Below are positions 21,640-35,199 of a stretch of DNA of 64,000 nucleotides, piece after piece. Numbering within the stretch: position 1 is the stretch's first letter; every line of letters starts with the position of its first letter. The stretch comes from Raillietiella orientalis (lineage: Eukaryota). The stretch is from contig JAYWIR010000070.1 in assembly GCA_036172245.1 (NCBI GenBank), positions 1 to 64,000 of the forward strand, in the 5' to 3' direction. A program made the translations under genes and the position numbers. A model generated the notes under the pieces. The model had not been told where the DNA came from. It did no database searches and saw nothing but the letters and a program-made list of their open reading frames with translations.

Positions 21640-23400
21640 ACATCCACATCCCCTCATAGATCATCAGTTGATCCGGGAAGTGTTCCGGGATGGGCTGCAT
21701 CAATGGAACTTTCTGGGGGATGGCTCTCTGCCAAGGCAAGAGACTGGCTCTCGCTTCCAGAGAGCTTTCACGTAGGCAGGAGAGCGGCGGCATTCGCTGC
21801 ATAGCAGAGGCAAACCGAGGTGTTTTATTAAAGATGCGGAGCTTCGAGCCAGCGATCGCGGGATCCGGCGGCACCTTCTTTACCTCTGGGGCTCGAAGAT
21901 CTCGTGACATTTCATAGATGCATCCAAATTCATTCACTTTTTCATGCCTTCTGACGAGTGCAGAATAGAAGGAGCACCGTAACCTACCTTTTGGTCCATC
22001 CCACAGAGTCAGTTCCGCTTATCAAAATGAGTCCTCTAGACGCTCATGGATCCAAAAGTTCCATCTCCAGCGTCCAGGAAAACCAGACTTCCCACTCTTT
22101 CAAGTTCGAGAATAGGTAGAGGTCGCTTTGACCTCAGGGCCTCTGATCATTTGCTTTGCCGTTCTCTTTATTCTCTTTCCTCTTCAGCGAGCACCAGCTA
22201 TACTGAAAGAGAACTTCGGAGGGAACAACCTACTAAATAGTTGTATTCGCCTTTCGCCCCGTACCCTGATTTTCTCCTCCCAACTTGGATTACTGCGGAC
22301 TCCCACCAGAGTCTTCTCTGGTTTCGTCCTGGTGAGGCACTGCTCGTCATCCTTCGCACTACTGGCGTAAGAGTTACAGAGGGCCTCCTGCTCTGCAGTT
22401 GGTAATCGTGATCCCTTTTGCTGAAGAGCACCGAAGGCATCGCGCGAGAGGACCACAGAGTGTGGGAATATCTCTCGAAGAATTCGCTTTTCGATCGCAA
22501 TTCCTAGGAAGACCACTTTCACTTTCAGGAGGTACGCTCTTTACTGCCCGGCTCCCTGTGCGCTCTATGTTCACCACTTGCGGCTTTCCAAGCAGTGCAG
22601 CTGCTGGGCCGTAGGAGAGCCATTCGTCCCCCTTTAGAAGACTCACAGTCACCCACCAGATTTTAGCCTATCCCTGTCTGCAAGGATCACAAGTGGGAGA
22701 CTTGCACGATTCAGCTGCACTCTCAAGGGTGCTGGCTGGAACTGCTACCCTTCCGTGACGCTCAATCGGCAAACTGGAACTGTGGTCATATGGAGATCTT
22801 GTGAATGAAATTTCAGGTAGCTTTATGGGAGCAACTCAAACCGTGGCTCAATTCTAGTGGATATTTCAGATTCTCTGAAGCACATGCTCCGGGATCTGGT
22901 TGTGCATTTGCATAGGACTTTTTCAGACCGCTCTCCCCGCTTTTCTCCATCCATTCCGTATGACTCCCCTTCTGCTTACCACTGAAATGCTCATCGTGGA
23001 AATGTAAGTCCACTGGTCTGTCTTCCTATCCATTGGTATTACATAACAACGTTGCCAAAGCATTTTCCTCTGATCCCCTAGGTGAGACCTTTAGGATTTG
23101 CTTGCCACTTTTAGCAACTGTTACCAAGCACGCTGTTAGAATTGAATCCTGTGCCTCTCCTGGGTTTCATGAGAGCATCTTCTCTTTCCCTTCGATCAAT
23201 TCAACTTCTCACGCCGATGGCTATCCTTTTCTTAGTTTCTCTACCAAACCCCTCTTCGTGGATTCGGCTTCAGTGCAGTCTGTCCAACGCGTTTAAGATT
23301 ATTGGCAAAAAAAAAGGTTTCCTAAAGTCCTTGCATCAGGCTGTTCAGAAGAGATCTCGGATTTTAAACGTCGAAACCGATCGATCGTTGCCGATGCTGT
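21640..23400 (-). mobile_element. Very old L1/Tx1-type RT remnant
   Basis: Minus-strand motifs in order: 'LELSHGLSCSH' (~RGLRQGCPLS), 'VQVSHL..AD', 'QVVNIERT' (~VN.EKT), 'VVFLGI' (~KYLGI). Confidence 0.4.
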
Positions 23401-24299
23401 CGAACGTCAAACAAAAAGTCACAGGATGGCATCAACAAGATCTGCTGCAGACGTCTCTTCAGCTTTTGGCTGCCCAAACGGCAGTGGCAGCGTACGTGAT
23501 TCCTTGAATTTCTTTGCACCATGCAATGAATTTCTTGTGCTTTTCTTGGAAACGGGTAGTTGTGACTACTCCAACTGTGGACTCCAGCTTTGCCTACGTG
23601 CTGGCTCTGACGATCATGTGTCAAAATAGGGGAATGTAGGCAAAGAAAAAAAGGGGTCTCCACCATCTTCTTAACCTGACTGTTTCCTCCAGCTCACCCT
23701 GGCGACAAAGCTGCAACTCTTAAGGATGTTACCGTCCGATGATATCACTACACATTCCAGGAATGCCGTGAGTTCGAACACAACACACTTCTCCCCTGCA
23801 ATGCTCTGCCCGATTCTTGGGAATTTTCGGTTTTCTAAATGCTTAGTCATTTCCCGAGTCCCAGTGATCCTGCAACGAACGTTTGCTGTTTCTGGCACAC
23901 CAGGAAAATGAAAGTTCTAAGGCTACTTCCTTCTTCCTTTGCTTTTTCTAATGCCAACTGCGAACACTCTCAAGGGTGCGTGACATCCAGCATAACTGAC
24001 TGACTGCTGACCTTCCTGTCTCTCTGGAGAATCAGACTTGGATCCAACTTCGAGCCCACCTCCAAAGGAGGGCGACGACTCCTAATCTGTTAGGGACTGA
24101 GAGTAAAATGGTACAGGGCAGAGCTATAAAGATGGTACCGAGCGATATCATTCGGGATGGATGTAAGTGAAATGACGAGTGGATTAGGGAATAAACTTTG
24201 CTCCGGATATGTAAATACTATAGAAAAAGGTTGATGTAAAGAAGAGGAGTAATAAATGATACGAGGCTTCTTAGATCTTTAATGATAAGGAATGATCGG

Positions 24300-26200
24300 G
24301 CTTGCTGATCGGTGCCTCCATCCTACCTCTGCGCCATCTTTATGGAGGTGAATGAGGTCTCTTCCAGAACGAGGAGTGCCGCCATGGATCGGCAGCAACT
24401 CGCAACCTAAGGACACATGGAGACGCTTCTGTGTTTGAACTGCTCCAAGCTGCAGCAGACACTTCGATTCCCCGATGGATCCAACAAGGTCTAGACGCAC
24501 CTTCTCTGGGAGGAGTCTGGCTGGACTTACCAGTTGCCGCGAGCAATCCCCTGCAACGCGCGCTCAGTGGTGATCCCCAGAATGACCGCCATTCCGGAGA
24601 TTTGTTCGTAGTGATGATTGCTCGTACGCGAAGTGCGATGGAAACGACGTAGACTGGAAAATTGGATGTGGGACCGATGCCCTCATTGGCTACTTCTGAG
24701 AGCAATGACCGGATCCAGATTTCGAGATAACTCTACTCGAGAAATATTTACAGGGACATATGGAAGCAGTAAGGTGATCAAATCATTGATGGCAATCCAT
24801 ATCATTAAACAGCCGCAATTGTGAGAACACGACGATGCAAGAAGTCATGCATCGGGTAAAGATTTCGCGGGTCATTCTAAAAATGCCCATAGCATATGTG
24901 CTTTGGGCAACTCGAGCATGGGACAGGATGTTTCTGCTACTGTCGGGAAGCCACGCGACACATCGAGTTTCCCGAATTGCAAGTATGGGAATAGAGGAAC
25001 GTGGCCGAGGAGACGGCACTTTCTGAAGGAATTCTGCTGAAGGTCTCGTTTATGCAGGCAGAGAATTAGGTACCACGTGGTCGAGCTCGATGAACAAGAA
25101 TGGACGGGCACTGCGGTGCACAGCTTGCAGGAGAAGAGTACTCTCGCGATGAGCTCGCTTTCACGCAGAATTCCAAGAGACATAACGCTCTTTCTTCCAG
25201 ATGCTGATGTCAACAGAAATTGCGGGCTCAGAGCAAGTTAATCAGAAATTTTGTTTCCCGTTGAGACAGCATCGTCGATGCATCAATCTCGTTAGGTTTG
25301 GTAGGACTATAATCCCGAAACATCTCTCGGAGTTATCTTGACTGAGAGATGGGATTCTTCCTTGGTGATTTATGCAACAAATAATTTAACGCTGTTTTAT
25401 GAACTCATAGTATGCGACTGAGGAACCAAGTCTTTCAGAACTATGAGCATTCCTTTTCACTCATGACGCTTTCCAAAGTTCTCTTTGTCCTGAATTCATA
25501 ACATGATGCTGATCATTCGCTTGGCTGCATCAACCAACTTCACGGAGACTGCTCCGTGAAGTCGTTTGCTATTTTGTCTGAAGATTCTAAGGATATTTTG
25601 AGAGCTACGCTGATTTAGGTTGCAACAGAATCCAAACATCCGCACATCTGGAAACTCAGTCGTCTCGTATAAAGACGATGAGAAATCACGCTTGGGACTT
25701 CCAAAATTTCAAGTGTCTTCACCCCAAATTATAAGCGTGCGGAACCCAAATTTCGTGTCTCCTTTTCAACAGGGAAGGTGTTCTCCTTTTCAACATCGCC
25801 TGTTTTGCTCCGGACAGAAGCTAAACCGAAACCGATGATTCCATCCAATCTCTTAGGAGACTTCAGAACTCTTGGAGTGTGATCCTTGCAAAGTGTTGTA
25901 GTGATTGCGCGTTTCATGAGTTCCACGGAATGACTGTGAAATTCGTGAGGCTGTTGGAGACATTTTAGGGAAATTTCGGTTGATGTGTGGCTAGATTTTC
26001 CACTCTGGAATTGCTTGCAGATTTTCATAACGGACCAAAATCTTCTAAGTCGGCAAACGCTTTTTCCTAAAATTTGCGCATTGGGAAGTCTTCCTGTCGA
26101 AACCTCTTCTCGACCTTTTGGTTAAGATCGAAGGGTGGCTGGAACTGGCAAACGAACATAGGCTGTGAGATGCACTGGACTCTCTCGTTCATCCAGCTAC
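24300..26200 (-). mobile_element. Ty3/gypsy pol remnant (RNase H and integrase)
   Basis: 'ELMKRAITT', 'LVDAAKRMISIML' (~DAS..GIGAVL), 'YSPTKPN..LS' (~Y.PGK.N..AD.LSR), 'REIFTR', 'IALRVRAIITTNKSP..FWG' (~FALRT...TTG.SP..LFG). Confidence 0.45.
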
Positions 26201-26224
26201 TATTTTTTAACAAATGGGGGACAT

Positions 26225-27960
26225 CTTCGCTTTGCCGATTTCAGATTCATCTCATAAACTCATTCTGGAACCTTGAAAGAAGCATGAGCCGAGAAGATGC
26301 CTATTAGATTGTTGAAGAAATATATTCGGGAAGCTCCACCTACATCTGGAATCGACGGTAACAGGAACCTTCTCCCTGCGTCGAGGAGTGAAGCGAGGCT
26401 GCCCGCTTAGCTCTCTCCTCTTTGCGCTCACAATGGAGCCGATCCTCCGTACATTGAGGGAAAACTATGACCAAGATGTCCTGCTGGCATACACGGATGA
26501 CACAGTCATCCTCGCTAACAATGAGGATGATTTCAAGACCTGCTCATGCCATGAACCAGAGTATCCTGCTTGATTATCCATCCACTCAGAGAAGTGCTCT
26601 TCGCTGGGTGGGAAAAATCACAAAGGCACGAGACTCACAGGCATCGTGATGGGAAGCAGGAGAATTCCAAACATCTCTCTGAATCGCAGGCTTACAAGTA
26701 CCTGGGAAGCCCCTTTGGGATCGAAATTTTTGACTCTCGTCCGTCAAAAGAAGCGGTCTGTAACAAAATCGAGTCTATTCTTAACAGAGTTCTCTCAGCA
26801 TGGGAAAAGATGGATGCGCTTAAAACATTCTTCTTCTCCAGCGCTGTTCACCAAGGAAGGCTAGGGACACATACAAAAGAAAGATAGAAGTTTGTGGACA
26901 GAGAAATAAGATGGGCAATGAGACGAGAAAGTTCTCCATCTCCAGGCCCTAGCGGCAAATGAATGCCTCTACAGAGACAGGAAGAAAGGCTGCTCGGGTT
27001 CAATGAAGTTAGCTGATGAGTCCAAAGCGTTCATTGTGGACAGCTGCTTCAAATTACTCACCTCTCCCGACGATGCCTCGGAGGAACCAGCCAGGAAGAC
27101 TCTCCAGTGCTAAAAAAAAAAGATACCCAAGCCACCATCAGATGAAGATCTCGGGAAGTTCATGTCCGGTAGTTCGTGGCAATGAAAACAGTTCTAATGA
27201 GCGAAGTTATTTTCAATAGCAGCGCTCAGAAGAAAGTTGCTTCTACGATAAGAGTAGCACAGAGGAAAGACGCATGGTAATCTCTTGTTAAAAAGCATTA
27301 GGATCAAGAGAAAGCCATGCAGTGCGTGGGACTACACCGTGCGTTCAGCTATTTCCGGACTTCCTAAGATGCGCCGATTATCGGTTCATCCACGCTGCTT
27401 GGCTCAATTTGTTCCCAGTTAGAGTTGTTCTTAGAAGAAGGGAAGCAGATCACACGTGTCGACGCCGTCAAATCTGGGACGAGACGCTGCCCCATATTAC
27501 AAACCACTGCATGAGGCACTCTTGTCTTTACACCACACGACATGATGTTCCATTGGAAAGAGTCAAAACCGCTGCGGTGAAACATGGACAAATGGAACTT
27601 GGTGTCTCACAACCGCAAGATTCCAGGGGCGGATTCCACTCTGCAGTCTGATTTCGTGTTGCAGAGGGGCCACGGGATGCCACTCGAAGATGGGGTAGAA
27701 GCGTCCAGCAACGTCAGGACAGAAAAGATTAACAAACATCGAGATGTTGCCTGTCAGCTGTCGAAAAATGGAAGTGAGTGCAGAGTACATGCTTTCTTCG
27801 TTGGACCACTCAGAACACGGAAACCGTGGCAACGATGCTGTGCTACGCGAGTTGGGAGTTCCCAGAAAACAATCGGACGAAATGAGGCACCTACGGTGGC
27901 CTCCTGCATCCGGCACCTCTAGAGACATCTACTGGATTCATGCGCTTGGACGTCTTTCAA
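26225..27960 (+). mobile_element. Utopia/NeSL-type non-LTR retrotransposon (RT + CCHC + RLE), 5'-truncated and frameshifted
   Basis: GVKRGCPLSSLLF, LAYTDD, YKYLG, SAWEKMDALKTF, DSCFKLLTSPD, ADYRFIHAAWLNL, ETLPHITNHC..RHD, PLEDG, FFVGPL, SRDIYWIH. Confidence 0.9.
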
Positions 27961-28039
27961 ACGGTGCGGATGCCACTCTTCCAATGAATCATGGAGATCA
28001 ATCGAGGGAGCATCTTCCTAACGACGAGGACGACATTCT

Positions 28040-28900
28040 GCAAGAGGAACTGGTGAACGAATATCCAGATCAAGGAAAGGTCATGCGATACACTGGACTT
28101 CCTCGTTCATCCAGATACTTTTTAACAAGTGGTGCTCTTCTTCTCTTTACCGACTTCTAGTTCATCCATGCTGCAAGATTGAACCTACCCTTAATTCTGG
28201 GAGTGTCAAGAAGACAGATCATGCCGACTCTGTGTAGAGTGGGATAAGATCCTGCCTCAAATGATAAACCACTGCATGAGACATTCTCTACTATACACAT
28301 CTAGGCATGACGCCATCAGTCGAAAGACCAGCAACAGCGGCGAAGGATATAGCAGGATAAAGTTGGTGTCGGCCAACGTGGCTGTTCCTAAGACTGATTC
28401 CAGACTAAGACAGGATCTGGTGCTGCAGAAGGCGAAGCGGATAATTATCCTCGAAGTCTCCGTCACTTTGAAAATAAGGAAGATGTTTTCAGCATCACAA
28501 GATTCACTAGGAAACAAAGTATCAGGAGATCGCCCTTCTGTCTTCGAAGAAAGGTCAAAAAATAGGCATTCAGATCCAAGTCCGTGCCTTTATTGCAAGA
28601 TCACTAGGATTGTGGGAGCCCCGTAACGATGAAGTCATCCGCGAATGGGTATCCCGAAGTTGCGTGCGGATAAAACGTGGCATATGATGATGGCCTCATT
28701 CATCCAATGCTGCTGGGGATATCTACTGGATGCGCCATCCAGGACATTCTCCAGATGGCTCCTGTAATCTTCAGCGAGGGGCAGTAAGAAAAGAGAAAGA
28801 GTCTCTCTTTGAATTCATGAAGTTTGATCTCCAAAAAGAGAGATAAGGAGGAGCCAACCAGTCTCAATTTTCCATATATTTTGTAATATCTTACTGACAT
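28040..28900 (+). mobile_element. Second, tandem Utopia/NeSL-type 3' fragment with 3' UTR
   Basis: YPDQGKVM, FIHAARLNLP, INHCMRHS..RHD, LRQDLVLQ..IIILEVSV, GDIYW. A diverged paralogue of 27350-27950. Confidence 0.85.
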
Positions 28901-29811
28901 TATCTGTTGATATCCGTCGAAACCAATCCCCGCTAAAGATTTATTCTCCGATTGAAGTCCCCGTCCGCGGAACCTTTCTTGAAAGAGAAAGAATTATGTT
29001 CCGGAATCGGAACCAGAGTAATTCTGAATGTTGTTGTACGGAACCAGAGTACTGATGAATGTTCTGATGTGCGAGATGAAGTGGAGAGAGCTCACAAGGA
29101 TCATCCGATGTCAGAAGCTGGTTGCGTGTACACTTTTACTTACTGAAGTGTTCAAGCCCTACTTCCAGTGACTATAAGATCTGTAAAATGGTACATCTCA
29201 AGCTGCGCAACCGTGTGCTGTGGTGCCATTAACAGCACGCTTGGGAGGTACGCTAGAAAGCAGCACGCTGCCAGGTATAGGTTCGTTCTGCCGCCCTCTC
29301 CAGTAATTTCCCCATCAGTTTGCTGGGTCCTGGTGGAGTCCACCTGCATCCCTTTTGTGTCCCTGAGCATCCTAGGGATAGACGGCATTACTTCTCCGTT
29401 TCCCCGCTGACACGGAAATGGGAGCTCATTGTACTTGTCCTCTGGTCGAATGGAACGACTTGATTTCCTTACTCAGCATCACCTCAATAGGGTAGGGGAA
29501 TTGTGATACGCTGCGTCCTGTGGAAAACTCCTGTTCTGCGAGCATTTGAGGATACTGAGTAGCTAATGCAGCGCCTCCTTGACTGTCGATGGCTCCACTA
29601 GAAGCCTTGCTGAGGATCTCGACTCCTTCTCCACTGATGGATTTGACTAAGCTATCATCCCCACCGTGACTTGGGGCGCTTGAAACTGGATACTTGGGTA
29701 AAGCTTATGACCCAAGTAAACATCCTTGGAAAAGAGGTTGTGGAGGAGGAAACCCAGCATGAAACCATGTAATATCCTATAAGTACACATCCACGTGAAA
29801 CAAATCCTTTT

Positions 29812-30589
29812 GGGTTCTTTTCTATTCTTGCTGCTTTCCTTTCAGCACTTCTTTTCTTTGTTTTGGTTCGCCAAGTGCTGAAGAACAGTTCGCCCAGGGG
29901 CATACGAAGCTCTTTAAGCACCGTCCACACCACCCGAGGGTACCTCTTGTCAACTCTTGAAGATAGGGGAAACACCAGGAGGGGGCAACCCTATGAATCC
30001 ATGAAAGTTCGGGAGGAAAGAGTCCTTTCGTCTTGATTCCTGGGAGGGAACTTCAAAAAGAACCCTCCACCCTGGTTGTCTTCAAAAGGAATCTCCTTCT
30101 TTATTCCCTCCGGAAGGTGCCGCTCCATTGTTTCTTCTCCGAAGGGAACCCGGAAAGGATCCGCTTTTTTGTCACTCCGAGGCGAACCCCGAAGGGACGT
30201 TCCCAAATCTCTCTGAAGAAGGGTACTTCCTGAAAGGAACAGAGCACTTCTGAAACTCTGGAGAGACAACTCCCGAAGGGGGTTTCAACCAGCTTCATGG
30301 AATCCATTTTTTCACGACCGTAAAGGGAACCGGCTCCTTGGTTCCTGGAAGGATCCCCGAAGGTCGAATTCCAAATTCCGTCTACTCAACGGGGGCAGTC
30401 GGGGGTTTCCGGCATCTCATAGTGCCGCACACCCGGATATAGGCCAACCTGAGAGTCGTCCTGCGAGAGGGAACTCGAAACTCATGACGCACTCACTTCT
30501 CAGCGTCGATCCTCCACGTGGGGATTCGAACCCCCAACGCTTGGTATGACGCGCGGAGGCTGCATAGCTGCACCGCTGCCAGCGCGACC
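29812..30589 (-). mobile_element. tRNA-derived SINE, long form (copy X3)
   Basis: Perfect B box GGGTTCGAATCCC on minus (30520-30532), A-box-like TGGCAGCGGTG, hairpin units at ~30010-30290, shared tail. Confidence 0.85.
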
Positions 30590-31329
30590 ATCACCAAGTC
30601 TGCAACGGTTGCTAACTCGTCTTTTGAGTGCTTGCCAGATTCAAACCGGCAATTTGAAAGGAATGTTGCCCGGCATGCCCGAGGTAGAAAATCCTGAATG
30701 CTCCCATCTTTCCCTATTTCTCGTGCATGATGGTTGTTACGATACTTCTTGGCAGAGGCACGTGTCTGTAGCGGCAGCAGTTGGGGAGCGTTAGCTTTCG
30801 AGTTGTCTTAAGAGGTGTTTGAGGAACCAGTGTTAGCTGCATGCGGTTGGTTGCCGCGTGGCAGTCACGATGAATAGAGGCAGGAAGCGCATCATCCAAA
30901 TTTGGGCAATGTGGGAGATGATGCTTGTCTCGAGTTCGGAGGATTGCGAACTCGGCGACGAAGAGGCTGCTTTTCAGAATCAAGCCGGCCGTTCGTCACT
31001 TCCGCCCCAATGAACTTCCTGCAGCGAGCGTTGACGACGCCATCGCAGTGGAAGCTGAGCGTGACTGTTCCAGGCCTGATCAGCGTGCTTCCGTATCACG
31101 TCGTTTTGTCAGTAACTGCATCCTTACGGAAGAAGTAGGTCATGAAGCTCTACAAAGCAAACTGACTGAAGATGGTGTGCTTGTGAACATGGATCCAAAG
31201 AAACCTAGTACATCGCGGAATAAAAGGGTTATTCCTATGCAGAGGTTCGCTGAGTACAACGAATATGATTTGCGAAAAATGGTCACATTCACTCATTTGC
31301 TTATGTGATCAAAGCAAATGAGTGGATCA

Positions 31330-33760
31330 AGACATGCTCACGAGGTGGCACAAACCACATGCTGTCTCAAAAGACATGAGAAAGAGACCTTGGGACATCG
31401 GCTGCGTATCCAGCAGGCATGAACTCTTTGCACATCGTAGTGCTGAAATGCATCTTCTGGAGTGCACACTTCATCGTGGCAGAGTTAACTGAGACTCTGT
31501 AAGCAGGTTTTGCAGCTCTAAAAAAAACGTTTATTTCGTTTTAATATCTGACTGAAATCACATATCAAGAATCACACGAATCGCATATGTGCCAGCAGAG
31601 TAACTCATAGTCGCAATGATGCGTTATCTGACTGATCCCAGAGCAATCCAGGTACCTATGATTCGACCGCTGGATGAGAAGGGAGGCACAATAAACCTAT
31701 ACGAGAATTCCCCACAGACCTAGGGAATCTGACAGAGCACGCTCTAAAGAGTGCTTGGTTGTAGGAATGTTATATTCAAGGATGAAAAAGAATGGCTTGC
31801 CATAAATCCCCCCAAAACGATCGATTAGCACAAGTTCTTGCTTTGATCCTTCTTTATTCTCTACTGGAGTTTAGACGCTTTTGCATTTAATGGTTGAACG
31901 CTCTCTAGATCCAGGTTTGACGCCCGGGTGTCGAAGTCTTCATCGGCAATAAGTTCCGAATTGGCGTATATCTTTAATTTTTCCACATTTAGTTTGCAGT
32001 GGTCATCCAACATGGCTTCTCCGTAAGAATGAACTGTCGATGGAAAAAAAAAAATTGCCAATTCAATCCCATTTATTAGAAATCCCTTTCCGTTTTCACA
32101 GGTTTTTGTGACCTCGGACTTCGAGCATCGCATCTCATTTTACTTCCGGATACGGAATTTTCTCCATAAATAATGCAGCGGATAATTCAGAGGACCCACA
32201 CCCAAATTAGGGATTTCACTGTTTAGTACATGCGACTGAAGACAGTTGTGGTATTTCCATGCCACAACTGTCTTCTTGTTTGGTTTCCGCAGCTGGAGCT
32301 TTCCAAACACGACGTTCCAGTGAGTCTGTTCCATGCTAAGAGGGCGTTCCTACAGGTTGTAGAAGAAAATACATCGAACAAGAGGTCATTCTCGAGTGGT
32401 ATTTATACAAAAGGGTTTCTACAATCTCATCAGGATTGTATAACTCATAAAATTGCCATTTCCATTTAACATACTGATAGGTCAGATCTTATTCCTGGTT
32501 AATTTAAAATGCAGCCCAGGATGTGTGCACTATATGCATGGTGATTATTAGTGTTTTTTCGAAGAGGGACTCTTCAAATGGTGTCTTGGCGATTTCTGGT
32601 AGCGACGCATTTCTCGATTGCAAGACATCTCTTGCAGAGCATTCTCCTGCACACCAGAGCTTCATTTAAAGGTTGGGTCATTCTCAATTATGGTATCCAA
32701 GGCTTTTTGGATCTTCTCGATAGCATCTGTGAATAAGCTTCTCATCTGCTCTTTTCTTGGTATCATTTGAAGAATCCTTCTTCTCAGCAGTAAATTCAGC
32801 ATTTACAGTTCCATCGGTCCTTTGTGTAAATGGAATTGTCACTAAAGATGGCTGGCTTACGGAACTCGATTTCTGTTTGATGCATGATTTCTTCCATCTT
32901 CAGTTGGCTAGCAGGGTTTATGATGCCATGGACAATAGCTTGTCCTACATTTTCTTCCGAATTGCTGAGATTATCGGAAACTGTTTGTCGAGCCCATACC
33001 TGTGATGTTCAGTGTAGCGGGTGGGTGGGTTAATCCCAAGTCGAGATGATGTTCTCAATGACCTTTTTCCTTTTTTTAATGTTCTTATACTTCTAAAATC
33101 CCTTAACTTCTTCTGCTGCTCATCAGCTGCTTTGTTAGCTTTTTCCGATGAACAGTGGGTTTCAACTTGCAATGCTAAGACTTGACTGTGAGATAAAGAA
33201 TGCTGTGCCCCGTTGAAACGACACTGCCCACGGACTCAGCAGATTCCTAATGTCTTAAGGGTACCCATCTGATAATCTGATTGCTGGAGAAAGCAACGCT
33301 TTGGGATCCATGCAGTTAGACTCACGGAGGCTCCGTGCTTGCGAAACACTTTTACCAACCATTTCCCAGAACACCAAGCATGTGAACGGAAAGAGGTAAT
33401 AGAAAATGTCCTCGATGAGCACAAGTGGTGAATGGATGGTAGCTATGCAAGTGCTCCTCCAGTTCCAAATCTCATGGAAAGTTTCGAAGAAACATTAACT
33501 CGATGCAGCCTTTAGCAGTTTTGAACTGGATGTAATTGTTTGTCTTCTAATTGGACTCTAAAGGAACGGAAAATGTGACTCCATCTTTTCACGATCTATG
33601 TAGACCATCAACACTTTCCTTGTTGATGGAAAGTGCTTCTGGGCTATCTTCCTTAGTTATTATTTTGTTCGTTGATGGAAAGTGGTTCGTAAAGGCGTCT
33701 AGCGTGATCAACGATTGCCTATTAAACGGCAGGTTTTCTCTTCTCGGTGATCATTGCTAT
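31330..33760 (-). pseudogene. Candidate endogenous viral element: decayed bunyavirus-like L (RdRp) gene
   Basis: Broken minus-strand frames give 'RNPFV', 'DRFGG..FFILEYN...LE..LCQIP' (premotif A/F-like, ~31730-31825), 'YLDCS' (motif A-like, 31638-31654) and 'MSQGLF' (motif B-like, 31384-31401). Spacing is plausible, but no clear SDD. Confidence 0.4.
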
Positions 33761-35199
33761 TGACTCCAAGATTCTGGCTCGTGTAGGATGCTGAGGGTAC
33801 CAAAATGATGAAACTACCACAAGAGCATCACGTCACGGTTTTGCATTGTCGGCTGCGCTCTCTTAGAGGTGAGAAAATGCGTCTTTTTGCTCCTTCAAGA
33901 TGCTCCTCCACGCTACTCAGGTCTTCACCTTGCTGGATGCATGGCAGCAGGATTGTAGCAGTTGGAGTTACATACTTTGCATTTTGTTTTTCACTTCCTG
34001 GAAGAGCTTGTCTGGTTGGCTTCTGCTAAATTGCAAACATCATCATCCAGTCTTTCACCCGGTCATGCCGGGGCGTTTATTTAATATAAAAATGAACAAA
34101 CAAGTCTGTAGCTCACCTTCCAAAACAAAAGCAAAAGCAAAAAAGAAGTTTGAGAGGCAGTCTCACCTCCACACAGGTCGGTTTCTGAAGAAATCCGGAG
34201 GAGCGAAAGGGGATAATAATTGAAGGAAAAGAAAAAAAGAGAGAGGAGGAGGGTGGGGACAAGGGGTTTCTGGTTTCGACCACTCCTTCCTCCTTAGTAT
34301 CGGCTCAGAAAGTCGGCAATTTACGACTTTCACTTCTTCCTGTAGGTGAGGTCACCTCGCAGCCGTCTTCATGCAGAAGACTGCCATGCGGGTGACCTCC
34401 CTTCGTTGCACCCGAAGCTCCCTCAAATGTTGGACTGTGGCAGTGGCACGGATGCAATATATCGCTTCAATCATGGCTTTTGTCGGAAGTCCTCCGCTCG
34501 AAGAATCGCTGCAGCAAGTTCTAAGCAACATCTTCCGGAAACAGGAGCGCTGAAGACCGCCTCCGCCACAGTTCATGGAGGGCACCACAGTCTGACCTCA
34601 TCCTGTTGGTCCCGATCTGTCCTAGTCCCCTTGACACTCCCATTTTTTTTTTTTTTGCGTCTATGGAGTGCTCCAAAATTTTGATAGGCTACCGGAACGG
34701 ACTAGGACACGACTGGGACGGACTGTTGGCAAGAGCGTTCTAAAGTAGTCGAAATGACATCCTACTAGCAATAGGATCATGAATGATTTCCCTTCGCGAT
34801 TGCAACTACCCTTACCCTTACATCGATGGCACGATCGTCACCCCATGTTTATAAAATATGCAGGTATGGCTACCTCCAGATACGTCAGCTGCCATAACTG
34901 AGGTTACCCAAGCACAGAAGTTAGATGCCTGTGGTTAGCTGAGTTTTATAGCGTGGAGCCCAGAAAATAAGTTGTCCTTTTGGTAAAGTGAGCTTTGGCT
35001 TCCCTCGAAACAAGAATCGGGAACTTCTCCTAGGGTTGTTCAGAAGCATCTGCAATTGACTGATCTTCCTACACGAAATGGTACACCGTAGGTTATTTTG
35101 CTCGGTTCAGCTTTAGTTTCAGGAAGAGTTTCTGTAACACTTTTTAGAAAGGTTCATTTTCAGAAATCTTCTACAAGCTCCATGACTCACTTGCGGCAA

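Noticed and set aside
27010..27050. CTGATGAG-TCCA...TGGA hammerhead-like motif
   Set aside because: Lacks GAAA and lies within the Utopia coding frame (LADESKAFIVD).
30515..30589. tRNA gene
   Set aside because: B box and T-arm are present, but I could not build a convincing cloverleaf, and the sequence continues into a repeated body, so it is a SINE head.
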